Assembly (NCBI RefSeq): GCF_002087085.1
Contig: NZ_MWQY01000028.1
Coordinates: forward strand, 1 to 43,292
DNA: 43,292 nucleotides
Direction of reading: 5' to 3'
The notes below the pieces were generated by a model. It was not told the DNA's origin and did not search any database. It was given only the letters and a program-made list of their open reading frames with translations. Of the stretch, positions 1-10,005 are shown piece after piece (positions within the stretch are counted from its first letter, which is position 1; every line of letters starts with the position of its first letter). Both the position numbers and the translations under genes were made by a program.

Positions 1-329
1 GTCTGATACTGATTTAATGCAGGGTCCTCGCTGGTTTGTGAGAAATGCGGGCTAATTCGGGATGCTTGTATTCAATCCTATATTCTGATGTGCGTCCGGC
101 ATTCCGTTTTGATAATTCACTTTTTAGCAATAATGTATTTTCATCGTCGACAATATCAAAAATATAAAAACCAATCTTATTGATAGGAATACCTAGAATT
201 TTAGAAGCAGATTGATTGATAAAAACGACTTTTCCCTTTGAATTAAGGATTATCATACCTTCTTTCATATTATCTACAACTTTCTGATATTTCGCCTTTG
301 ATTGCTCAATTATTTTGAGAGTTTGCTTA

Positions 330-337
330 TTTTTTAT
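330..337. repeat. Left 8-bp target site duplication TTTTTTAT
   Basis: Identical to 1678-1685 and abuts the left TIR. 8-9 bp duplications are typical of IS256. Confidence 0.9.
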
Positions 338-1677
338 GATAACGTACAATAACTTGCGCAAATTGAATTGAGATAAAAAAAGTCCTCAATCTGACGATTG
401 ATTAAGTACCACCAAAACCAAGTCAGAAAGAGGACTATATGAACAGTAAGATTATCGAGATAAATGAGGAAGAAGTCAAAAATCATTTGGGAGAATTTGT
501 ACGGGAAACAGTCGAAGAGACGTTGAATGCTATGTTAGATGCTGAAGCTGAGCAATTGCTCAATGCCCAGAAGCATGAGAGAAGCGCTGAACGGAAGGGA
601 TATCGTGCCGGCCATTATGACCGAAAACTGTTGACCAAAGCCGGCGAAGTTACCCTTCAGATGCCGAAGCTAAAAAAGGTCACCTTCGAAACAGCCATCA
701 TTGAACGTTACAAGCGCCGAGAGATTTCCGTTGAGGAAGCGATGGTGGAAATGTACTTAGCAGGAGTGTCAGTACGGAGAGTCGAAGACATCACGGAAGC
801 ACTCTGGGGAGCAAAGGTGTCACCGGGAACGATCAGTAATCTTAACAAGAAAATATACGAGGAGATCGAGAAATGGCGAAAGATGCCACTCAAGAGTCAT
901 TACTCTTATGTGTATCTCGACGGAATCTGGATGAAGCGTTCCTGGGCTGGTGAAGTACGCAATGTCTCTGTTCTGGTTGCAATAGGAGTCAATGAGGAGG
1001 GATTCCGGGAGATTATCGGGGTTGCTGAAGGAACCAAGGAGGATAAGGACAGCTGGCAACGGTTCCTGCGGTATCTCAAGGAGCGAGGCCTGGAGACTGT
1101 TGACATGTTCATCTCTGACAAATCCCTAGGTCTGGTTGAGTCGATACCAGAGTTTTATCCCGAGGCACGTTGGCAGCGCTGTGTTGTGCACTTCTACCGG
1201 AATGTCTTCAGCTTTGTTCCTCATGGCAAAGTGAAAGAAGTCGCGACAATGCTGAAGGCTATCCACGCCCAGGAAAATAAAGAAGAGGCTGTACGGAAAA
1301 AGGACCTCATTGTCCAGAAGCTGACAGACATGAAACTTCATAAAGCAGCTGCTTTGGTTCGGGAAGGATCCATCGAGACCTTTTCGTATTATCATTTCCC
1401 GGTGGAGCACTGGAAGCGTATCAGGACTAATAATGGTCTTGAGAGAATCATGCGAGAGATCAGAAGGAGGACCAGAGTAATAGGTTCATTTCCGGATGGA
1501 GAATCTGCCCTGATGCTGGTCGCGGCCCGGCTGCGTCACATCTCAGGCTCAACCTGGAGTGAACGGAAATATTTGAATATGGACCTGATGATTGATTTCG
1601 ATCAAGAGGAGCAAGTCTCATAAGTAAATTCTTCAGATTGAGGCATAAAGAATTTGCGCAAGATTATTGACACTACC
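338..1677 (+). mobile_element. Complete IS256-family insertion sequence (1340 bp)
   Basis: Imperfect 27-bp terminal inverted repeats: GATAACGTACAATAACTTGCGCAAATT (338-364) and AATTTGCGCAAGATTATTGACACTACC (1651-1677). Flanking 8-bp direct repeats TTTTTTAT at 330-337 and 1678-1685. One transposase ORF inside. Confidence 0.95.
439..1623 (+). CDS. IS256-family (Mutator-type) DDE transposase
   Basis: Motifs YRAGHYDRKLLTKAGEV, EMYLAGVSVRRV, YVYLDG, WQRCVVHFYRN, RIRTNNGLERIMREIRRRTRVIGSFP. SD GAGGA upstream. Confidence 0.97.
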   Translation: MNSKIIEINEEEVKNHLGEFVRETVEETLNAMLDAEAEQLLNAQKHERSAERKGYRAGHYDRKLLTKAGEVTLQMPKLKKVTFETAIIERYKRREISVEEAMVEMYLAGVSVRRVEDITEALWGAKVSPGTISNLNKKIYEEIEKWRKMPLKSHYSYVYLDGIWMKRSWAGEVRNVSVLVAIGVNEEGFREIIGVAEGTKEDKDSWQRFLRYLKERGLETVDMFISDKSLGLVESIPEFYPEARWQRCVVHFYRNVFSFVPHGKVKEVATMLKAIHAQENKEEAVRKKDLIVQKLTDMKLHKAAALVREGSIETFSYYHFPVEHWKRIRTNNGLERIMREIRRRTRVIGSFPDGESALMLVAARLRHISGSTWSERKYLNMDLMIDFDQEEQVS

Positions 1678-1685
1678 TTTTTTAT
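1678..1685. repeat. Right 8-bp target site duplication TTTTTTAT
   Basis: Identical to 330-337 and abuts the right TIR. Confidence 0.9.
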
Positions 1686-2401
1686 CAGTAGGTCCTTAAA
1701 TGAACCTATTATATAGGCAATGGAACAATTGAGCGCAATACTGATGGATAGTAAAAAAAATGGATTGGCGGTTACCACAATCATATACTTGTCAGCAATT
1801 GTCGGAAATACAATTAGTATCGATACAAACCCAATGATTAAACCTGCGAGAGTATAGAGAAATGCAAACAGAACTGAAGGGATTGCTATAAACAACATAT
1901 GAGCAGGAGAAAAAACATCTATTTGTATAATGAGGAAAATTCCAACCAGATAGAGAGTAGAAAATATTACAAATAGTATTTTCTTATATTTATCTACGGT
2001 ATCTATTAAACAAATCACCATCCATCTCCGTCTGACTTAATTCATCTTGTTCTGAGAGTTACCTATCGATACTTCCGTTTTATCCTAGTATCGTCACCCG
2101 AATCGGACCGGGTAAGAAGAAATTTGTAAAATCAAAGTGGGTTGATGAATAGGTTCTGCGATTTTCTGTATATTCTTGCTCCGGCAGTAGAATTCAATTT
2201 TATCGGATAAGATTCATCTGAATACAACAGGTTTATTGATCTACACAAAAGACCAGACGGTGGCCGTAAAAACGGAGATACAAATGTATGAACTGTGTTC
2301 CCGTATTCATCTCTGACCCATCCTAAACGGTGAAGACAACCGGAATCTACCACGGGAGATTGAACTATGTCACTATCTTGCGCATTAGAAACGTATTGAT
2401 C

Positions 2402-3610
2402 TCAATAGGGATTAAGATCCCCGTAATATAAATTATGCTCTATTGGCAATACAATTGTGAACTTTAATCCATAGTTACTATCCACCTGTATAGTTCCTCC
2501 TAGTCCACTTACCACCCGGGTGATAATGAGAAGACCTGTCCTTGCTGAAAGGTCTTCGATGCTATGAATTGTATGCAGAGCCTCTCCGTTGTCTCGATAA
2601 ACTATATAAAGGTCCCTATTTTTTAAGAAAACATCAATATTTATAACAATGTTCGAATCTCTTGGTACAGCATGCTTCAGACTATTATTTATCAGCTCTA
2701 CCAGGACTAAACCAATTTCCAGTGCCGGCTTTGTATCCAGGCGTAGGCCTTCAACGGTAGAATTAATTGTAACCTCAGGTTCTATCCGCATGGTATTTTG
2801 GAATAGATTGTCAAAATAGTACGATAGCTCGACAAATCTATAGGCACCTTCAGTATACAGTGCCTCATGAAGATACATGATTGCATCAACCTTCGCTCTC
2901 AGATCGTCAAGAATATGATTTTGGGGACTATTGTCATGTTTTTTTTCAAGGTTGATGATCGAGCTGAGGATGATCAAATTATTCTTAATGCGATGATTAG
3001 ATTCCTTGAGCAACAATTTATCGAGCTGGCTTAATCTCTGAAGCCGTTTTATGTTGAAATGCAGGAGATATGCGATTCCCATTGGAAAGATATGGAAGAA
3101 AGTAGTGGATAATGCTAGAGATACAAGGAGATCCTTCTGATAGTACAGAAAGGAGAACGTTATAACATTGATCAATGAAACGAGTGCATAGCTATGGAGT
3201 AAAACAATCCATCGTACAGTAAGTCCAGACAGAAATGCAAAAAACACCAAAATCGTTAAGAATAGATCAGCATCATAGGGAAGATGTTCGTTGATACCAG
3301 GAAAGAGGATCATCCTGCACTGCAATAGTATTCCCAATACAGTGACCTCCAATAAAACCCCCGCGTCATACTTACCCTTAAGTATCAGAAGGAATGACCC
3401 TAATGAAATCCCTGCCCATAAACTTGTAACAGGTAAAACCATAAAATCTGCTCTTGCAAGAGAAAAGGACATGTAAATTATTGTCGTTAGAAAAAATACT
3501 AATGCCAGCGACAAACAGGCTTCAATTCGTCGCTTGTCAATTTCGTCAATATCCGCATAAGAGGAAAAGACATTTCGCGCCAGATCATTCCAGATACTAC
3601 CTAATTTCAC
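2402..3610 (-). CDS. Membrane sensor histidine kinase, HisKA_2-type
   Basis: Several N-terminal TM helices; H-box LLKESNHRIKNNL, LHEALY, N-box ELINNSLKHA, G1 DNG, TGLLII. GTG start with GGGAGG SD. Confidence 0.9.
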   Translation of the reverse strand: MKLGSIWNDLARNVFSSYADIDEIDKRRIEACLSLALVFFLTTIIYMSFSLARADFMVLPVTSLWAGISLGSFLLILKGKYDAGVLLEVTVLGILLQCRMILFPGINEHLPYDADLFLTILVFFAFLSGLTVRWIVLLHSYALVSLINVITFSFLYYQKDLLVSLALSTTFFHIFPMGIAYLLHFNIKRLQRLSQLDKLLLKESNHRIKNNLIILSSIINLEKKHDNSPQNHILDDLRAKVDAIMYLHEALYTEGAYRFVELSYYFDNLFQNTMRIEPEVTINSTVEGLRLDTKPALEIGLVLVELINNSLKHAVPRDSNIVINIDVFLKNRDLYIVYRDNGEALHTIHSIEDLSARTGLLIITRVVSGLGGTIQVDSNYGLKFTIVLPIEHNLYYGDLNPY

Positions 3611-3858
3611 TTTTGCCTCCCAGCATAAAACCGTGCGTTTTATACACAGAGATTAATTTTAACACATTTTATCTAATGTATCTATTATCTTTTTTCTGTA
3701 TATTTCTCTGATTTTCAAAAATGGGACGCTTTTTTTCTCTTGTGTTCTACAGGGGCAATAAACATTACTGCATCGCGATTACGATGTACGGAATGAGATT
3801 GGGAAAGTAATGGCATATTATTTTTTGAAGAAGATCTACCTGGTTAATCGACAGATAG

Positions 3859-6093
3859 CTATTCCAGTTTGAATCGATCGATTTTTTTGCGAAGAGTTTC
3901 AATGCTCTCCTTGTTGGTACGGCTTATGTCGTTAACATGATTAACTGCTTTGTTTATCTGCTCCGATCCGCTTGCCATCTCAATCATGCTTGAAGCTATC
4001 TGATCAGCAATGTTATCAAGAATTTGTAATTTTTCTCCCACACCTGTTACCCCCTCCCTGATATAATTGGAGGCCTCCTTGACGTTAGAAGTTATTTCGT
4101 TGATCTGTTCAATAGCCTCGAGAATCTGGGTTCCTCCTGTATTCTGTTCAGCCATCGCCCTCATTATTACTGATTCCTGATCATGTACAATATCAGTTAA
4201 ATCGACAACTTTCTCGAACTTTCTTTGCGCTTCCATAGACGTCTGACTTACCATCTCTATAGATTCTTTAACGGAATTTAGCATACGGATTATTGCTTTC
4301 CCCTGTTGATCAGACTGCTCTGAGAGTTTACGGATCTCGTCTGCTACAACTGCGAATCCTTTACCTGCTTCTCCGGCGTGAGCGGCTTCAATCGCAGCAT
4401 TCATAGAAAGAAGGTTTGTCTGGTTGGCAATATTCTGAATTATTTCGCCGGCTTCTATAAGGGTTTCCGAATTGTTTTCAATTTTCTGTATCAGCGAGGC
4501 TACACCATCCATTTCGTATTTGCCGTTTTCTGCGGCATCCTTAAGTTCGGAGACTGAACGATCGTTTTTCTCCAGAATACCTGTGACGGATGTAATGTTC
4601 GCGACCATCTCTTCTATTGATGAAGACGATTCAATAACGTTTGCAGATTGTTCTTCAATCAGGGAGTTGAGATTGGCAATGCTTTCAGCAATCAGTTTAA
4701 AGGTTTCATGTGCTTCGCTTACCCTGTCGGATTGTAGTGCAGTCTGGCTTTTCACGCCGTTAACATTGGCAGCGATCTGGGTGATAGACGCTGCGGTTTG
4801 AATCATGCTTGATGAAAGTTCTGACCCGATCTCATTCATCGCGATTGTTTCCCGCCTGAATGCGCCGACCATCTCGGCTATTGAGGATATGGTCAGATTA
4901 AAATATCTGGATAGTTGACCTATTTCATCTTTACTCCGGCTGTTGAGCCGCCGGGTAAGATCTCCTTCTCCTTCAGATATGTCCTGAAGTGCAGTCACTG
5001 CCCGACGAAGAGGAACAGTGATGGATGTGCTTACAAACAGAAGTATTAGAATAAACAGGAAGGTTCCGGATATAAAGATCGATATTATTATTTTTGCGAA
5101 CCCGAGAGCGTTTGCGTAGAGTTCATGCGAAGGTACGACTGTTCCGTAAAACCAGTTTGTCTCAGTTCGACCAATGGAAAAAGGTACGTTAGTTTTTGTT
5201 GTCATTGATTCAAGTGATTCGGACCAGGCTTCACCGGAAGTAGCCTCTCCCCCTTTGATGGAATTAATCAGCGCCTGACCTGTATCCTTAACAAACTCAC
5301 CAATAATTTTACCTATCCGATCGCGATCGGGATGTGTTACCACAAGCCCTTCTGCTGAGACAAGGCGTCCGAAGCCAGTGTCGAAAAAGACAAGGTCGGA
5401 CAGATGAGATTGAAGATGATCGAGGGAGAGATTAATCCCCACAATACCTGCAACTCGATTGGCATTATCGTATATCGGTACGGAAAGACTCGTCAGCCAT
5501 CTCGGCTTTCCTTTAAGCTCATATATGTAGGGTTCCGCGGCGGCTTCTTTTTTGTTGTTTAGCGGGACCAGGTAGTAGTTCCCCTCTCCCGGCTGTGTGT
5601 ACCCCGTCAGTGGCTCATATTCAATTCTACCGGAATCGGATCTGTACCAGTACGGTATAAAACGCCCCGTTTCGTCGTAGCCTGGTAATCCTTTGTAGAA
5701 TGAGTCGCTTGCGTCCAGGGTGTTTTCTTCCCAGCAGGTCCATGCCCCTTGAAAGTCTTCGTTCTTTTCGACAACCGTTTTAAGTATTCCCGAAAACAAC
5801 GTTCGCCTTTCTTCAACCGGAATATTTTCCCAGGTGGAGAATACGCTCGCGAGGGTTCTGGCGGTTTCCAGAGCAGTTTCCATTTCAAGTTTGGCGATAT
5901 TAGCTTTCTCTGCTGCGAGGGATTCCATGTATAACAGGGCGCTTTTTTTGTCGTTGTTATATACCAGGGTCGTCATTACAGTCGCGGTCAGTGTAAACAC
6001 AACTATTACGGATAGGGAAAGAAGGATGGTAAGCTTGTTTCTCAGATTCCAGAATGACCTGCGTTGTCCCGCTTTATGCTGTACGAATACCAT
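3859..6093 (-). CDS. Methyl-accepting chemotaxis protein (TM-dCache-TM-HAMP-MA)
   Basis: Signalling hairpin [55 protein letters not shown]; Cache motifs [17 protein letters not shown]. Confidence 0.96.
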   Translation of the reverse strand: MVFVQHKAGQRRSFWNLRNKLTILLSLSVIVVFTLTATVMTTLVYNNDKKSALLYMESLAAEKANIAKLEMETALETARTLASVFSTWENIPVEERRTLFSGILKTVVEKNEDFQGAWTCWEENTLDASDSFYKGLPGYDETGRFIPYWYRSDSGRIEYEPLTGYTQPGEGNYYLVPLNNKKEAAAEPYIYELKGKPRWLTSLSVPIYDNANRVAGIVGINLSLDHLQSHLSDLVFFDTGFGRLVSAEGLVVTHPDRDRIGKIIGEFVKDTGQALINSIKGGEATSGEAWSESLESMTTKTNVPFSIGRTETNWFYGTVVPSHELYANALGFAKIIISIFISGTFLFILILLFVSTSITVPLRRAVTALQDISEGEGDLTRRLNSRSKDEIGQLSRYFNLTISSIAEMVGAFRRETIAMNEIGSELSSSMIQTAASITQIAANVNGVKSQTALQSDRVSEAHETFKLIAESIANLNSLIEEQSANVIESSSSIEEMVANITSVTGILEKNDRSVSELKDAAENGKYEMDGVASLIQKIENNSETLIEAGEIIQNIANQTNLLSMNAAIEAAHAGEAGKGFAVVADEIRKLSEQSDQQGKAIIRMLNSVKESIEMVSQTSMEAQRKFEKVVDLTDIVHDQESVIMRAMAEQNTGGTQILEAIEQINEITSNVKEASNYIREGVTGVGEKLQILDNIADQIASSMIEMASGSEQINKAVNHVNDISRTNKESIETLRKKIDRFKLE

Positions 6094-6279
6094 ATTAATC
6101 CTTAATAATAATCATTATGATCTGCAGCAGTATAATCGGTGTACATATTTAACGCAAGATCCTCTGCACTGTTAAATCGGAAATAACTTCCGAGATTCTT
6201 TGCCTGAAACAGGTAAACATGATATCGTTTCTTGTCTGTATCTTCGCTGGGGAAATCAAATTACCTACTAACCATTCGT

Positions 6280-7362
6280 TCATGCCCCGTTCTTTAAAAA
6301 GCGGTAGATCTCGTCAGGTTCCGGGGGGCAGCCCTTTGCAAAGGAATCGGCTCCCTTGAGGCAGATGCCGACACCGATTCCGGAGACCCGTGTATCCCGG
6401 TAGCCCTGGCCGATGTGAACCGGGCTGTGCGGCAGATTATCCTCCTTTTCCAGGAAGGAGAGGGCCCGCATGAGGGAGGCGTAGCAGGCGCTGCAGGCGC
6501 CTTTCTCGTTTATGTGCTCCTTGAGGCGCCAGGCGGGTACGCTGCGCTGGATTCCTTCCACCGCTTCTCCCTTGTTCAGGTAGCGGAGCCCCGTATCGTC
6601 GGAAAGGAGGCTCCCGATTCCCAGCTCAGCCGCCTTACCAATATAGGCCACCTCCTCCGGCTGAAGCCCCAGGAGCCCTGCGGCGTAGGAGTCGATGAGA
6701 ACCGGATCGATCCCGGCAAAAAAGATGTTCATGGGGACGGGGTTTCCTCCCTCCTCGTAGTCGGGGTCTCCTTCAAGGCCGTCCACCAGGATCAGGTCTG
6801 CCCGGATTATCTCGTTAAGGTCCGCAATGGGCTGGTGAAGCCCCATTCTGTGGTAGCGGCGCTTTTCGCTGTCGGGAATACAGCCCTTCATGTTTTTCAG
6901 GGCGCAGGTCAGCAGGGTCTGACAGTGGCCCTTCAGGACGGGCATATTGATCAGCCGGTCCAGCTGAAGGATGGAGCTGCAGATCCGGTATTCGCCCCTG
7001 CTGGCCTCCATTTCAACGGAGGAGTCCTTCTGCAGGTCCACCAGGGGAACACCGTATTTTTCGGATAGTTTTGTATATCCGCAGACCTTGAAGGCCCGCC
7101 GGGTGCTGTCTCCCACCCAGGATCCCTCCAGAATCTGGAGACGGCGGAAGCCCTGTTCCTGTAAAAAGGAGATTACCCCCGCCACAAAGGCTGGATGGGT
7201 CGTCGCACCGGAGGAGGCCTTTTTGGCCACCACCAGATTGGGCTTGAGGCCGATCAGCTCTTCCCTGTCCCAGTTCTGCCACTGCCGGGACTGGCGTATC
7301 AGTTCCCGGCCCGCTTCGAAGGGATCGGTGCCGAACCAGTGTAGAATCTCGTTTTCCCGCAT
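6280..7362 (-). CDS. DUF362-domain protein with C-terminal Cys-rich (probable Fe-S) region
   Basis: Motifs LKPNLV, GATTHP, INMPVLKGH, TCALKNMKG, DPVLIDS; C-terminal CSAC...C...GCPP. Start moved to ATG 7362 (MRENE) because an AAGGAG SD precedes it. Confidence 0.85.
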   Translation of the reverse strand: MRENEILHWFGTDPFEAGRELIRQSRQWQNWDREELIGLKPNLVVAKKASSGATTHPAFVAGVISFLQEQGFRRLQILEGSWVGDSTRRAFKVCGYTKLSEKYGVPLVDLQKDSSVEMEASRGEYRICSSILQLDRLINMPVLKGHCQTLLTCALKNMKGCIPDSEKRRYHRMGLHQPIADLNEIIRADLILVDGLEGDPDYEEGGNPVPMNIFFAGIDPVLIDSYAAGLLGLQPEEVAYIGKAAELGIGSLLSDDTGLRYLNKGEAVEGIQRSVPAWRLKEHINEKGACSACYASLMRALSFLEKEDNLPHSPVHIGQGYRDTRVSGIGVGICLKGADSFAKGCPPEPDEIYRFLKNGA

Positions 7363-7458
7363 AGCTGTAACTCCTTGCTTCCAGTGTACAGAGGATGCTT
7401 TTTTCCGTCCACCGGGGGCTGTTCTTTCCCCTGGAATTGTCCTATTATCTGCTTCGTT

Positions 7459-8640
7459 ATGAGTACCGGCCAATCCCCCGCTGTTCCCACCCGCTTTCCT
7501 CTGGGTTCCACCCTGCTGGTGGTAAACGTGTTTTTCATGACCTTTGTCGCCCGTGCCATCCTCTCACCCCTGCTTTTGACAGTCCAGGAGGAGATGGGAC
7601 TGTCCCATGCTGAAGGGGGCGGGCTTTTTCTGGTAATTTCCGCAGGCCTGATGACCAGCATGCTCCTGTCCGGTTTTATTCTCAAATTCATCACCCACCA
7701 TGTGAACATAGCCCTTGCGGCGTGTCTTTCCGGCTCCGCCCTGTATCTGCTCTCCATGGCAAAGGATCCCGCTCTCTTCCGGCTGGGGCTCTTTTTTCTG
7801 GGTGCGGCCTCGGGGCTCTATCTTCCTTCCGGCGTCGTAACGATCACCGAGATAGTCCCTGCCCGTCAGCGGGGTATGGGGATCGCCTTTCACGAGGTGG
7901 GGCCGATCCTGGGCTTCGCTTCTGCGCCGTTTTTCGCTGAGTTGGCCCTCCGTTTCGCCGACTGGCGCAGCTTTCTGCTTATTCTGGGGACGGTGACCAT
8001 CAGTTCCGGTATTATCTATGCCCGGTTTGGAAGGGGAGGAAGCTTTCATGGTACTCCGCCCCTCTGGTCCGAACTGGCCCTCATCATCCGGCAGCGGGAT
8101 TTCTGGATTATCGCCTTCTTTTTTATTCTGGCCCTGGGAGCCGAGGCCGGAATATACTCCATGCTTCCCAGTTATCTGATTGTGGAGAAGGGGATTGACC
8201 GGGCTTTCGTGAACTCCATGGTCGGTACGTCCCGTCTGACCGCCCTCCTGATGATCTTTACCTCCGGCTACCTGGCCGACCGTTTCGGATACAAGCGGGT
8301 AATTGCGGCCGTGCTGCTGAGCTGCGGGACGGTCACCGCCGTCCTCGGTATTGCAACCGGGGTTCCCCTGATCGCCGCGGTGTATCTTCAGCCCATGCTG
8401 GTGTGCGCATTCTTTCCGGCGGGGTTTATCGCCATGTCGGGGGTCAGCGGTTCCCGTCAGCGAAACCTTCCCGTTTCCCTGACCATTCCCCTTGCGTATC
8501 TCTTCGGAGGCGGGATGATCCCGGCGCTTATCGGGCGCCTGGCTGAGCAGGGGGCCTTCGGCGCAGGATTCGTTTTCGCGGGAATACTTATGGCAACGGG
8601 GGCAGTGCTCGTACCCTTTATGAAGACCCAGGTACGATAA
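7459..8640 (+). CDS. MFS transporter
   Basis: About 12 hydrophobic segments; motif A GYLADRFGYKR. Start taken at ATG 7459 (MSTGQ). Confidence 0.88.
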   Translation: MSTGQSPAVPTRFPLGSTLLVVNVFFMTFVARAILSPLLLTVQEEMGLSHAEGGGLFLVISAGLMTSMLLSGFILKFITHHVNIALAACLSGSALYLLSMAKDPALFRLGLFFLGAASGLYLPSGVVTITEIVPARQRGMGIAFHEVGPILGFASAPFFAELALRFADWRSFLLILGTVTISSGIIYARFGRGGSFHGTPPLWSELALIIRQRDFWIIAFFFILALGAEAGIYSMLPSYLIVEKGIDRAFVNSMVGTSRLTALLMIFTSGYLADRFGYKRVIAAVLLSCGTVTAVLGIATGVPLIAAVYLQPMLVCAFFPAGFIAMSGVSGSRQRNLPVSLTIPLAYLFGGGMIPALIGRLAEQGAFGAGFVFAGILMATGAVLVPFMKTQVR

Positions 8641-8651
8641 TTCCCGGACTG

Positions 8652-8694
8652 CTCTGAAAATACCACGTTTTCAGAGGTATACCCTCTTTTTTTT
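8652..8694 (+). terminator. Probable intrinsic terminator after the MFS gene
   Basis: Inverted repeat CTCTGAAAA/TTTTCAGAG (8652-8676) and an overlapping AGAGG/CCTCT hairpin (8673-8687) followed by a T run. Confidence 0.55.
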
Positions 8695-8732
8695 CACCCT
8701 CTAAAAGTCATAACGATTCCTAAAAACCGCAG

Positions 8733-8762
8733 TTGACATAATCAGGCCTTAGCACCAATACT
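8733..8762 (+). promoter_or_regulatory. Sigma70-type promoter of the Flp-encapsulin operon
   Basis: TTGACA (8733-8738), 18-bp spacer, AATACT (8757-8762); AGGAGG SD before ATG 8795. Confidence 0.6.
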
Positions 8763-8794
8763 GTAGGGAGACCTATTATCAGGAGGAAAAAGAT

Positions 8795-9160
8795 ATGCCG
8801 GATTTTGGAAATCCCTTCAGTGGAAATGCAAACGACAGGAAGCTGACACCCGATGAGCTTGTAAGGTCCATTCGCTTTATGGTAGCTGCGGAGTACGAGG
8901 CAATACAGCTGTATCAGCAGCTTGCCGATTCAACGGACAACGAGCTGGCGAAAAAGGTATTGAACGATATAGCCGATGAAGAAAAGGTCCATGCCGGAGA
9001 GTTTCTGCGCCTGCTGCAGGAACTGGATCCCAAAGAAATGGACTTTTACAGGGAAGGAGCCCAGGAGGTGGAGGAGGAGTTTCTGGGAAAAGCCGCTGGA
9101 AAATCCGAAGGCGGCGGAAATGCTTCCGGTGGTCTGGGCATCGGCAGTCTGAAAAAATAA
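8795..9160 (+). CDS. Ferritin-like protein (Flp/EncFtn-type) encapsulin cargo with C-terminal cargo-loading peptide
   Basis: Di-iron ligands EYEAIQLY and DEEKVHAGEF; flexible Gly/Ser linker ending GLGIGSLKK (LxIGSL-type targeting peptide); directly upstream of the encapsulin gene. Confidence 0.93.
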   Translation: MPDFGNPFSGNANDRKLTPDELVRSIRFMVAAEYEAIQLYQQLADSTDNELAKKVLNDIADEEKVHAGEFLRLLQELDPKEMDFYREGAQEVEEEFLGKAAGKSEGGGNASGGLGIGSLKK

Positions 9161-9177
9161 CGAAAAGAGGTAATTGT

Positions 9178-9975
9178 ATGAGTATTCTTAAACGCAGTCT
9201 TGCCCCCATAACTGATGCCGCCTGGGAAGAGATTGATACCCTTGCCAGGGAAACCCTGACAGCCAATCTGTCCGCCCGGCGCTTTGTCGATGTTTCCGGT
9301 CCCCATGGACTGAGCTTTACAAGTGTCGACCTGGGACGGCTGGAGCTGGTTCAGGACTCGAAGGATGGAGACCTGGGATACGGTACCTACAAAGTCCAGC
9401 CCCTGGTGGAAGCCCGGATTGGGTTTACCCTCAACATCTGGGAACTGGATAATATTGAACGGGGTGCCAGGGACATCGAAATGGATTCCCTTGTTGCAGC
9501 CGCCGCAAAGATGGCTGCTTTCGAAGAGAACGCTATATACAACGGCCTGAAGGCCGGCGGAATTACCGGCTTAAAGGAAGCCGCCTCGGGAGAAACTGTA
9601 CCTATCAAGATGAACAATGATTCGGTCATCGATTCCCTTGCGGAGGCCCAGGAACGGATGCAGGCCGCAGGTGTCGAAGGGGGGGCTGATCTTATTGTAA
9701 GCCCCGACCTCTGGAAATTCCTGAACCGCGTAAGCCCGGGGGGATCCCTGAAGAAACTGGTTGAGCGACAGATCGAGGGTTCGGTTATCCGTTCGGAGCA
9801 ACTGGACGGGGCGCTGCTTTACGCCAACAGGGGCGGAGATGCCGAACTGATTCTTGGACAGGATATCTCCGTGGGATACCACAACCACACGGCCCGGGAT
9901 GTTTCCCTCTTCTTTACCGAGTCCTTCACCTTCCGGATTCTGACACCGGAAGCCCTGGTCTGCTTTTCCCTGTAA
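9178..9975 (+). CDS. Family 1 encapsulin nanocompartment shell protein (Linocin M18)
   Basis: 265 aa; LKRSLAPITDAAWEEID, ARRFVDVSGPHG, WELDNIERGA, EENAIYNG, LGQDISVGY, ESFTFRILTPEA. Confidence 0.97.
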   Translation: MSILKRSLAPITDAAWEEIDTLARETLTANLSARRFVDVSGPHGLSFTSVDLGRLELVQDSKDGDLGYGTYKVQPLVEARIGFTLNIWELDNIERGARDIEMDSLVAAAAKMAAFEENAIYNGLKAGGITGLKEAASGETVPIKMNNDSVIDSLAEAQERMQAAGVEGGADLIVSPDLWKFLNRVSPGGSLKKLVERQIEGSVIRSEQLDGALLYANRGGDAELILGQDISVGYHNHTARDVSLFFTESFTFRILTPEALVCFSL

Positions 9976-10005
9976 AACCGTGCAGCGAATAACCCGGGAG
10001 TCGAC

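Larger units (their letters stand above)
14..2021 (-). pseudogene. Membrane-anchored PAS-domain sensor protein gene interrupted by an IS256-family element (fragments 1678-2021 and 14-337)
   Basis: Removing the IS and one copy of the target duplication joins ORF 1602-2021 (hydrophobic helices, ...SFKDLLIK) in frame to ORF 14-361 (NKQTLKIIEQSKAKYQKVVDNMKEGMIILNSKGKVVFINQSASKILG..., a typical PAS start). Confidence 0.85.

Noticed and set aside
2132..2353. 73-aa minus-strand ORF between the PAS pseudogene and the HisKA_2 kinase
   Set aside because: No recognisable motif or convincing SD; may be intergenic DNA or a remnant.
3711..3760. GGGACGC upstream of the HisKA_2 kinase as a possible c-di-GMP-I riboswitch
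   Set aside because: Lacks the GCAAA, GAAA-tetraloop and GCAAAG elements, and is on the wrong strand for the downstream gene.
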